DNA of 64,000 nt from Haliotis cracherodii (taxonomy: Eukaryota), in contig NW_027266286.1 in the NCBI RefSeq assembly GCF_022045235.1, positions 40,858,001 to 40,922,000 on the forward strand. The letters run 5' to 3'. The translations under genes were made by a program, and so were the position numbers. Positions within the stretch are counted from its first letter, which is position 1. Every line of letters starts with the position of its first letter. This document shows positions 11,380-23,100 of this stretch, piece after piece. The notes under the pieces were generated by a model. The model did not search any database, was not told the DNA's origin, and was given only the letters and a program-made list of their open reading frames with translations.

Positions 11380-14300
11380 ATGGGACCAACTGCCTGCGCA
11401 GTTCTCCTGATTACCATTGAGGTGGCCTTACTTACTGCAGGAGAAGGTAGGTTTTCTCAAGATCATAAGTTAGTTGTACGGACCACATGATAAATTGACA
11501 CCAAGTATTTGTGCATTCAATGATTGAACAAATTTTAACATTTGGTTGGAACCCCCCGTGATTTACACAAAAGTAGGGTCAGCTCTATTTGACTGTCATT
11601 TCGTGTCATATTTTAGTCCAAGTTGTTAAAACAGGTAAAGTTCTGTCGATATAACTACACAATAATATAGTACATTGTTCCACACTTGTGTTACAGTACG
11701 AAACGTGTTACGTCCGAACTGTGACACTGTCTGATAAACCTCTCTGACCCAAACCAAATCATCGTTATCTCCTTAAAGATATAACTATACAAGACTTCAT
11801 TTCATTGTTCTGAAGCGTCCAAAATCTGCATTACATTTCCTAAGGGTTAATATATTTCAGGGAACATAGATGTTAAAACATTCTCCTTTGCAAGTTTCTA
11901 TGGAAACTATATGCTTCTTCAAAATGCTGCCCAAAAGAAAATAATATGTCTGGTTTTACTGAACAACAAGGGAAAACATTCACATTGATATTTTATTGCA
12001 GAGGCCTTAAAAGCAAAATCATTCGCCTTTGCCAGTTACTATGGAGACCACATGGTTCTTCAACAAGCGCCTAGGAAAGCTGCAATCTGGGGATATGCTG
12101 CAAAACCAGGGGAGACAATCACATTAAGCATTAGTGGTAAAGGGGAGGTGAACACAACATCCTTTAATGGACCTATGGCAACAACCCCTGTGTGGTCAGT
12201 TCAACTTCCTGCCATCGCTGCTGGTGGGCCTTACAACATTACAGCGACATCTAGCGAGGGCAGCATTGGCTTAACAGATGTGTTATTTGGGGACGTCTGG
12301 ATATGTTCCGGTCAGAGCAACATGCAATTTACACTTTCGATGGTAAGTTTTTTAAAAAAATGACAATAAGTTAGTCGATATTTTAGACGCTTCTCCATGC
12401 GTAACTGGTAGTCAAGGTCGATGAAAACTAACTGGTTACATACTCAATTATGATGGTAAAATAAGTGGTTATAGGACTCAAATATGGTAAGGTAGTCAAT
12501 GAACAAAACGCAAATCTGATCTTAAACATGTTACAAAAGATTCTGACTTTAACCACAAGTAAAACAGGATGAGTGTCTCTGCTAACCTAAAACTTCTTTA
12601 TGGAACTGCAGATATGCTTGTTTTGAAAAGGTCATGTATTAATCGATGATTTATAACATTCTTGATCTTTCTTAACAAGGTCCCACAAGGCATCATTTAT
12701 AATTGAGTATAATCCATGCAGGCTTTAAATGCAACGGAAGAGATGGCAGATGTCCCCAACTATCCCAACATCCGGGTGTTTACAGTTGCCCTGGGAGGGT
12801 CTCCAGTCGAAGAATATGATCTGCTGAATATCAGTCAACCTTGGTCTGTTCCAAGTGCAGGTAGAACCAACAACTTCAGTGTTGCCAGGTCATGTGCAGT
12901 CGTTATATGTCAGCACCTTTTGTAAAAACATCAACATTTTGCTTCAAGTCTGTTTCAACAGTTCAACTTTGCTGCTGTCTTACAGATACACCATATGTCA
13001 CGACATCCCTTCTTGCATGATAATACTGAAGATTAATTAAAACAGTGTCAGCCTTCATCGCGTTCATCTTCCTACCATAATCACAATAATCAGGTTGCAA
13101 ACCACATTCAAAATGTAGTTTTATATTGGCATTTGACCATGAAGGTTCCTTTAGCCTTTATACTGCGATAGTGATATAGTCAGGGTGATACAGATATATT
13201 AATCGGCAGATGTCAATTTACGTTATTTTTTAATTTTAGTGGGTTTTTTTCTCCAAAATTCTAAATATTACGGCAACATTTCTTTCCTGACATCCAGCTA
13301 CTATAGGCGGTCCTGATTGGTCGTACTTTTCGGGAGTCTGCTGGTTATATGGCAAGTACCTGTCTTCACATCTCAAATACCCCATCGGCCTCATAGCATC
13401 ATCATACGGAGGAACCCGAGTGGAGGCGTGGTCAGCTCCAAATGTTCTCAAGAAATGTGGTGTAAGCGATGTGTCTGGTGTGAACCCGAACTCTGCTTCT
13501 GTTCTGTGGAATGCCATGATGCGACCCTTCCTCAACATGACCATATACGGAGCCATCTGGTATCAAGGTAAAAACTGTTACACATTAGACCTGTTGCCAT
13601 ATTCATCTATTTTAGTGGAATATTGTCTCACAAAATAGTATACATGTAGTACTTTTTAATATGGCTAAAGGAATATAGGTAAAAAATGCATAGTTCAGTG
13701 CTTACTTACAGAAAAAAGCAATTTCTAAATGGATATGCTCATGCTGACCTCAGCATCCCATGTATCGTGCATTCATGAAAATGTGGAGATTAATTCAAGT
13801 TCAACTAAAATCTGTCTAAATATGGAAAACCATTCACATAAACTCTTTACTTTCCCAGAAAGGGAATAATGCTGTGCTCTGATTTGTAACAGTGTATGAC
13901 TAACAACTTATCCCATTGTTAAACATTGATATCTCTCTCGGAAACGTATTTATTAATACGATTAGGTGCTCTAGGAAAGGTCGTTGTGAGCACGGTTACA
14001 AGAGGAGATACCAAGAGAATCCACGTTTCATTTACGGCAACCGAAATAAAGAAAACTTACCTAGTGTGACCGTCTCACTATCGGTTGCAAATATGCACGT
14101 ATAACAATAGGAACTTACTTCAATAGACATCACAATTATATTTTGATATGAATGAAATGATCTGGACACCCACCAATTTCTAACGTCCGATTTATGTAGT
14201 CAGCACGCTTGGGAAACGTGGAATAATTTCTACATTCTGAACGCCTACGTTGGAATTTAAGAGGGTCAAACTTTTAGGTCAATTAACAGATTACAAGTTG

Positions 14301-17300
14301 AACATTTTTCTGCAACAAGTTAAGGCGAGTACCACACCACCATTACATCAAACACTGAACCAGAACAGCTGTATGTTCTTTGCCATGATAGAGAGAGGTT
14401 CCGTTGAGGGACACTTGTAGACCAAACAATTGAGCAGAGAAACTGTGATGGATGATTCAAAGGAGCAACATACCACCTATAGACCAACAAATGGACCAGT
14501 ATATGATGTACTGTTTGATATGTGTATCAATGTTCTGTGACAAGGTGAAGCCAATGCCGGTTCTTCAACAATGAACCAGTACAACTGTACTTTCCCAGCC
14601 ATGATAGATGACTGGAGAGAGAGGTTCCACGAAGGATCAGAAGGACAAACAGACCCATCCTTTCCTTTCGGATTTGTTCAGGTAATATTCTCTCCTACTA
14701 TTACACATACCAAACTATCCCTCACAGATGCCTGAGGCTCTGTGTTTATATCATGACAAATCGTAGCATGTTGCTGTGTTTATCCGTGTGACAACAGACA
14801 GCTAGTCTATGTGATCTTTAGTATGATTTGATAACTGAATATGTTGCCAGCAATGATCTGATATAATTCAATAATGACTCCCTTCCACTGTCTGACACAT
14901 CTGAAACAGCTTTATCTCTTCATATTTATATCTGTGCAAAAAGACGGGTGGCCCCGTCTAAGTGTCATACCACACTTTCTCAAACGTTAGGTAACAACAT
15001 TCAAGGCGTCAGCAAAGCTATTAAAAAGTTTTATTTTCGCCATGTGTGAAGATCATATCCCAATGTGATGCATCAGTGACAAAAAGTATGTCCGATGCAA
15101 TTCCCTTATTTGACATGTACCTTATGTTCCCGTTGATTTTCATGTGAACAATTGACTTGCCTTGGCATACGTTTGTGACAGGCGCCACAAGTGGGGCAGG
15201 ATACGCTCACCTTTCCGACAGCACCTGGTACATTACGATCTTATTGTGATTCATAACACATGCAAATGATATAGTCGGAATCGTACAATGGGCTCTGCCA
15301 TTGGCAGATATTCCTTTTGATTACAGAGTTTTGGAAATGTTTTTGTTTCTTTTATTTGTATTTGCTTAAAATATAGGTCACACTGTCCCTTACAACACGT
15401 GAGTGGTTGATAAATAAAGTTATCAACACATTATCATTGTATAAGAATAACAGCTTTTCTTCATAAGTACCAATTCAAACAAAATTCAAATAATATTGGT
15501 TATTTAAAAAAAATTCTTTCATAATTTTTGTTTTGAAGATATTAAAATCTGCCCATACAGCTTGTTCGATGGAAAGGCAAACGTAAGCTGTTAGTACACT
15601 TTTCTTATCATTCATTATTTATAAGTTCTGTTAATATGTTTTTTTTGGTCGGTGCCATCCTGTAAATATACAGTTATTTCCATTCACTCGCTTGATTACA
15701 CTGAATAATGGTCGTTATGTTTTGAATGCAGCTTGCCCCATGGAGAAACAATGACACCATTACTACCGGCTTCACAGACATTCGATGGCATCAGACAGCT
15801 GACTATGGCTACGTCCCTAACGGCAGGATGAAGAACACCTTCATGGCGGTGGCCATGGACCTGCCGGACTTTACATCTCCATACACAGGGTATATAACTA
15901 TATCTTTTTATATTCTTGTATTTAAATAATATCTTTTTAAATTTAACTTATTCTTTTGAAAATGTTGTACATTTTATACAGTTGAATGTACTTTCAGTGT
16001 CCACCCCCGAGACAAGCAGGATGTGTCTATGCGTCTGTGTACAGCTGGACTTGCTGTGGCCTACAACCAAACTCAGTTCTCTACATTCGACGGACCCATT
16101 CCTGGTCTGTTCATAATCTACACCAAGCAAAGAACCATGGAGATAAACTTTTATAAAGACCTTGATATCAGATCAACAACCGGCTTTGAGGTCAGTGACC
16201 ATTGCTAATACATTATTGGGTTGGTCAACAGATTTTAGTTTATATTCAATATATATTTAGTCACAGACAATGTCGATAAACGCTATAGTGGGACAACATT
16301 CAAAGGTGTATTAAGTTGAACTCCTTCCACACATTGCTGCAAAGATGCAACATTTGTACTTTGATGCCACATGTACAATAATTCAACGGGTGGAGCTACA
16401 CATAATGCGCCAAGGGGGCGTGTCTGCACATCTCGGAGTGACAGTCCATCACGTGACACAGAAACTTTTGCAGGCACCTCACAGCTGCCAGACTCGGGCA
16501 TTGAACCCATAGCCTGCATGAAAACCTGTAACGACAATAAATCCAGCCCGGGGACCGATTGAGCAACGAAGGCTCTTGATATACAGTGTGTTCGTCTGTT
16601 CCATACTGAAGTTGGTTTCGCGCGGTAAACTTCAAATTCTAAAGATTTGATAGGGGTATTCAGAGTGTCAAGATGGATGTTTGGATATGTTGGCGTACGA
16701 ATAGGATGCGATCTAGGCATGGAGCTGACGCAAAGTAAGCTTCATTTTAAGTAATGATAAACAAAAGAGAACATGGCAGTTATGGAAGATTTTCGTAATG
16801 TCACAATAGATATTGATTAGTTCAAACAGCAAGTTTAAACACTGAAAGAGAAGAAGGTAATGTCTGTTGCATACAGGCTTCACTGCTACCCAAAAATGTG
16901 TCCTAATGTTTCTCTCAAAAATGTGAGTCAGTACAACACAACTTCTTCTGAAAGGTCAATTAAAGGTCAAATATCACAATACTGCAAAATTTGTTACGAA
17001 TGTTTAAGGCCCGATGCCGACTACCAATGATGGCCATGCACAATTATATTCGTGCAATAATTTCAAAAAGGGCTTACTTATAAGTTTTTCCTTGTGGTTG
17101 ACAAGGTGACCATGTTTATAAAATGGGATTCGAACATATCCTCAATTGTGGGCATGGGTGTGAAAAGTTTAAGATCAATTGGTCCAGTATTAGTGGGGAT
17201 ACAATCTGACTTTTTATTAACAGGGCCGTGCTACTCGTAACCACTCCTCGAAATATCTTGTGATACAACAACAAAGACTGTAATGCTGAGAGGTCCAGTG

Positions 17301-17904
17301 AATGATCCGGTCTTCTGTACCGAGATGATTCACTTCGACAAGCCAGCATCAGCTGATGGTGTCGACAATATAAAAAATGTCATACGAGTACAAACAGTTG
17401 CGGTTGAAGGTTGGATTCACAATGTTTTCGAGTTGAATTGAAGTTTCCAGGTTCTTCAAGATCATATGGTTGACAAAAGAAAATTGAGATGTATATTCAT
17501 ATGACGTGAATCAGTAGATGGATCAGCTGTTATGATCAGAGATATTGTGATTTACAACGTATTGCAGTGAGAAGTGATTCTGTTTATCATTAATAACATC
17601 TTTTAATTTTGATACTGACTTCTTCTAGGTGACATGCACCAATAGTTCAGCTCCATCTTCGGATGAGTCAGAGTGGTTCCCCTTGCCTATTGTGTCACAT
17701 GACAACACATCAGTGACCCTCGACTACAGCCAAATATGTCTGCAGACTAAAAATATGGTGGTGTCTGCCGTACGCTATGCCTGGAGAGAGTCACCGTGTC
17801 CCTTTAAAGAGTGTGGTGTCTACAACAAGGATAGTGGCTACCCTGCGCCACCTTTTGTCGAAAGTGTTATCACCAATATGTCAAATGTTAAAATTGTGAA
17901 ATAA
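11380..17904 (+). CDS. SIAE: Sialate O-acetylesterase-like protein, tandem copy 2 (subfamily A), 8 exons, ~526 aa
   Basis: Exons join(11380-11446,12002-12342,12722-12860,13298-13567,14545-14681,15732-15889,15998-16190,17629-17904); 1581 nt, open frame. Signal-like MGPTACAVLLITIEVALLTAGE. Motifs GQSNM, SYGGTRVEAW, WYQGEAN, VHPRDKQ, RYAWRESPC. Confidence 0.92.
11861..11990 (+). pseudogene. Decayed partial duplicate of SIAE exon 2 (pseudo-exon) directly upstream of the functional exon 2 of copy 2
   Basis: The tttcag acceptor is followed by NIDVKTFSFASFYGNYMLLQNAAQKKII and then, after a frameshift, GFTEQQGKTFTL. This aligns to KSFAFASYYGDHMVLQQAPRKAAIWGYAAKPGETITL. Confidence 0.8.
14325..14410 (+). 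pseudogene. Decayed duplicate of SIAE exon 5 in intron 4 of copy 2
   Basis: ag|gcgagt...ctgaaccagaacagctgtatgttctttgccatgatagagagaggttcc aligns to exon 5 (atgaaccagtacaactgtactttcccagccatgatagatgactggagagagaggttcc) with indels. Confidence 0.65.
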
Positions 17905-17961
17905 AATGCGCAAGGAAAGAAATGTTGTCATGTTTTTGTTAATAATACTGTTAATAATAAA

Positions 17962-19107
17962 ACAATGGGTGGCTGAAAATCTCTGAGCCTACTATGAAGG
18001 ATGTATAATACACCCTTAACAGTTTGTATGTATTACGTCAGAGACCATATAATAATCTATTATATGGTCTCTGATTACGTTTAATACTTTCCATGCTTAC
18101 AAGCTGAATTAGAATCAAATACACAACCAGGCAAGATATGTCTGCGGGTATGAAAGTGACTACGTATTCTTGTTTGAAAATTGGCTACCACGCTGCCATC
18201 AAGTATCTTCAACTGAAAGTCATGTTTAGGAGATGATATCATTCGCCTTGCTTTGCCACTATTAATGTGGGAGAGCCTCGAAGGTGATCCACAATCAGGT
18301 AGACCTTCAACTGCCACCACTGAGAATAATGTTGATAAAATAATGATACCATTATGGATGATCAACGACTCACCACACGTTACATAGCCAATACAGTTGA
18401 GGACATTCTAAGGAATCAACTGACAAACGTTTCAACACACAGAGTTCCAAGGCTTCTGATCAGAAACGTTCATCATCTATCGTGAGAACGTATGTCGTTT
18501 TGAAGCAGATCCAGCTGGTTTTGTGGAGCGATTTTGATACCATTGATGAGATTTGGGTTCATCGCTATCAGTCAGAGACCAAAGAAGACTCACAACTATG
18601 GAAACATCAAATTCTTTGAAGAAGGGCAAGTCAATTCTATCAGCTGGAATTTCCTGGTATTCCAAAGAAATCCTACTGGTGAACTACCTCCCGAAAGTTC
18701 AGACCATTTATGGCCAATACCATGCTAATCTGCTTAGGTAACCGCGTGAGAGTAACGTGGAAAATTCACTAAAGGTGTGTTTATCCACAGGACAATGCAC
18801 CGTTGCCATGTCTATTGTCATCATGGCTGCAATACATGACTGTGGCCTTGAACTCCATCATTCATCCTCCACATTCAGCAGATCTGGCACAGTCCCATTT
18901 ACATCCCTTCAAACTTGAAGAAAGTACTGTCTGTCAAGCATTATGCAAAAGCAGCACCAGGAGCTTCTACATCAGTGGGGTCCCGGCCCTCCAGTGTCAT
19001 TGGCAGATGTATGTGGTCCTTGGGGATATCATGCTGAAAAATAACTAGCAACCAAATTTACAGGGACCAGCATTGTAAGGCTCAGACCTTTTCAGCCATA
19101 CCTCGTA
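17962..19107 (+). mobile_element. Decayed mariner (Tc1/mariner) DNA transposon just 3' of copy 2
   Basis: Inverted ends gggtggctgaaaatctctgagcct / aggctcagaccttttcagccatacctcgta. Transposase remnants LEGDPQSGRPST, RVPRLL, DEIWVHRY, QDNAP, HPPHSADLAQS. Confidence 0.85.
18039..18073. mobile_element. 35-bp perfect-hairpin mini-MITE with 7-bp target-site duplication
   Basis: CAGAGACCATATAATA-atc-TATTATATGGTCTCTG, flanked by ATTACGT at 18032-18038 and 18074-18080. Confidence 0.7.
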
Positions 19108-20067
19108 TATGCCCACAGCATATGTGAACAATTCTAAAAGACGGATGGATTTTTTTATTCTTCAGAACTTCGTCAATTCCTTAACATTTAAGAAAGCCAA
19201 ACATGTCAATAATTCCTGATCACATTAATGGAATATTGTAAACGAACCAAAGCTTTGATAAAGTTTAAGTAAGATTGTGTGTTTACTTAATGGGTTTACT
19301 AGTTATAATGCGTAATATTCAAGAGCAGTGTGCCCTAAAATGTGGTGACTATGAATAATAGGTGTCTTCCAATGTCACTAATCGACTACTTCAAATGTGG
19401 TTAACGAGGCTGTCATCTTATACCTTATATACTACATATCGTTACATGAATGTATGTGTACACTGCATTTTGTCACATGTGTATGGTGGGATGGAATAAT
19501 ACATCACATGTTTATTCTTTGCAAAGGATGCTTTTACTGTACAATACCTGCTTTGAAATACAGGTCAATGTTGTGGAAACACGAACAAAAATTTGAAACA
19601 CAAACATTATTCTAAGGTTTCTGACAGGTGACCTTTAATTTCCTTTATGTCGTTATTTCATTATATATACATGGACATTGCTTTCAATAAATGTTGCTCA
19701 GATCTCTTCTTGTCGTTTCTAAGTTAATGAAAGGTTAGACATATGTATCTATCTTGGTAGTGTATGCTGGGTTTAACATTGAACAGTATTTCAGTTATAT
19801 TTTGATATGTCAACATTACAGTTTGGTGACACCCATAAATCGTATTGGTGAATCACTGGGAATTTTGGATTCAACACCATGTGTAGCAGTTTAACACACT
19901 TCTGGCATCATACACCACTAAACCGATGATCCAGTAGTGCCCCAACAATATTTCATTAGACAAATAACGACTTGTTGATACATGTTTAAGATTAGTAGTT
20001 AAGAATAATAGTAAGGGTTCCTTCACTTGAGTAGCTATAGTCTCACAAGTTAAAAGTTTACTAGGTT

Positions 20068-20156
20068 AGAGATAAGATAAAGGTAGATATTGCCTTCTAT
20101 AAATAAACAGTGTCAGTCTTTGTCTTTACTCAAACAGTCCTACAATACCGGCAAAA
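20068..20156 (+). promoter_or_regulatory. Putative TATA/GATA core promoter of SIAE copy 3
   Basis: TATAAAT at 20098-20104, preceded by tandem AGATAAGATAAAGGTAGATA. Shares aggtagata...ctcaaaca...ccggcaaaa(a)tgg with copy 2. Confidence 0.55.
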
Positions 20157-23100
20157 ATGGAACGAACTGTGTGGATTGTTCTCCTGGTTGTCATTAAGGT
20201 ATCAGCACTAACAGCACATACTGCAGGAGAAGGTGGGTTCATCCGTACATTAAAACACGTCTCAGGGAGTGGTCATATTAAAGGGCAAGTTGTATTTTTT
20301 CATCATGGAAAGTATTTACCTAGTAGTTTCAGAGGCCAAACAATAAAAATATCACAAGTATCTAATTTATTTTATTCATAAAATCGGTTCATATTTTTCA
20401 CATTTCCCACGAGTTCTATTTTCATAATAAATACACCATGGCTTATGACCCTTGCAATATGACGTCACTGGTGCCAATTGATAAAGGAATGACGTCATAA
20501 CACTTTATTAGACTCGTTTCACGTGGTGTATGTAGAGGTGTGTGGTGCTATCTTCTCAGATGCGCAGCATATTGTTTTGTACGGTGCCGCGCTGTTCAAG
20601 ATACAGCAGGTGATGTGGGTCTTCTTTTGTTTCCACTTGACTCTCATCGTTTCCATACCGCGAAGCTTGCTCGTTTTGGTTCGAAAGCGTATGGTTTTGC
20701 GATTTCTTGAAGGTGTCAAGGGAACTTCTTCGGACCAGGCAATGTATCGGATGCCATGTTGTCTCACCATAAACTTGTACTTGATATCTTTTGCGTTATG
20801 ACAAGACAGGGACCTAGTTATATTGGCACCAATTACGTCATAATCTAAGGGGGATAACCCAGGCCTGTTTAGCTCGGAAACCGAAGGCCTCATAACGGCA
20901 TGACATTTTAACACTTATTGTGAACTCCCTACTTTCACTGCGAGAAAAGTGAGTGTATATTTTCAAACAATGATACTAACTAATTCTAAAATTGTGTTTT
21001 GTTTAAAATAAGAAAGAAAGTGATTTTTGCCTGTACACTTCCCCTTTAACATTCTTTAGCGCCGCAAGACTCATTATAAGCTGATATCGAACCTTTACAT
21101 ATTCAATGAACGAATAACATTTTAAAAACACAGCTCTCTTTTGGAAAGTGCCGATTTAAATACATGCATTATAGTGCATTAAATACAAATACTGTGGAAA
21201 CCAGAAGGCTGCCCCTGACCTGCCTGAACAATATTTGATAGAGTTTAGGGATGTTTAAGTGATCCATTCATATTAAGATTCACCACCATTTTGCCTTTTA
21301 CACTCACTGAAATCTGAAATCTCAGTGAATAATCGACACCCGTTATTATCTGGCGTTGATTTAAGGTTTTCTCTTCATAACATTTTCGAATAAAAAACAA
21401 TCCTAGTTCTAATATGTGTGGTGAGTCGATGTTAAGCTGTGGAAATGATGAGAAGTCATTTGTGGAATAGTTCCCAGGTAATCACGTCGGCTGTGTATAG
21501 GTTGACATGCTGAGGATTGAGTGGAGGTAGCTTATGCCTTATCTGCCTTATCACCTCACATTTGTATGACGATTCTATTTTAGGGACCTCAGCGGCTAAA
21601 CCTTTCTCCTTTGCTAGTTACTATGGTAACCACATGGTTCTTCAAAAGGCACCCCAAAGGACAACTATATGGGGCTATGCTGCAAAAGAAGGGGAGACAA
21701 TCACATTGAGCATTAGTGGTAAGGGACAGGTGAATACAACATCCTTTAATGGACCTATGGCAACAACCCCTGTGTGGTCAGTTCAACTTCCTGCCATCGA
21801 TGCCGGTGTGCCTTACAGCATCACAGCGACATCTAGCGAGGGCAGCATTGGCTTAACAGATGTGTTATTTGGGGACGTCTGGATATGTTCGGGTCAGAGC
21901 AACATGCAGTTTACACTTTCGATGGTAAGTTTTGTATCAGTGGTGAGATGTTCGTAAATGTTTTACCATGAAGTACTGGTACTCCTCAATGATTGTTTAC
22001 TAAATTTTGTTTGGGTGAAGAAAGTCAAGTATTTCAGAAGAATTTAAAAATTTCAATTGGTCTCTATATTTTTACAGTTTTACTTGATATGTGATAATCT
22101 CTTATTCGTTATCCTGCCATGTAGAAGACATTGTGTTTAATACATATCTTACTGTTGTTGGCTAGACTTCCAACGGACAAAGTTACCAAAATAATCGCGT
22201 CACATTGATAGGGATATGACTGGTTGAAGCTTGACAGTTAGTGTGTATCACCATTGGTGGTGGGCATCATAAAGAAATGGAAAACCCATCTTGAAAATTT
22301 AGCCCATTTAACAACAATCAATTCGGTTTCGAATGCAATGTACGAGTGTTAAATCTACGTTTGAAACATGTAAACGGAAAACACAGTAGTTTATCTCCTA
22401 ATTCCGTATAATGCATGCAGGCTTTTAATGCAACGGAAGAGGAGGCAGATCTCCCTAACTATCCCAACATCCGGGTGTTTACAGTTGCCCTGGGAGGGTC
22501 TCCGGTCGAAGAATATGATCTGCTGAATATCAGTCAACCCTGGTCTGTTCCAAGTACAGGTAGAACAAGCAGCTTCAGTAATGCCAAGACATGTGCATTC
22601 TTCATATGTCAGCACCTTTGTAAACTTATTTCAACATTTTTCTTCAAAAGTATTGTTTCAATAGTTCAGATAGTACAGATGCAACAGGTGTCACGAGATC
22701 CCTTCTTGCATAAATACACTGAAGGTTAATTGAAACAGTGTCAGTCCTCATCGCGTTCATTTGCCTACCTTTAACAAAATAATCACGTTGGTGCCCACAT
22801 TCAAAATGTAGTTTGATACTGACATTTGACAAAAAAGGTTGTTTAACGCCCTTATGTACAGTGATGGTGATATAGTCAGGGTGATACAGATTTCTTAATC
22901 AGTGAATAATGTCATTCTACATCATCTTTTTACAGGTGTATTTTTCTCCGTATTTCTAAATAATATGGCAAAACAGACATAAGGCTGCTATTTGTTCAAC
23001 AGATGTCATAAGATATCTATGCCTCCGTGTGCGATCACACTGGCTAACTGGACCAGGTCATCCTTCATCTTCCTGCCATTAACAGAATAAGCATGTAACA

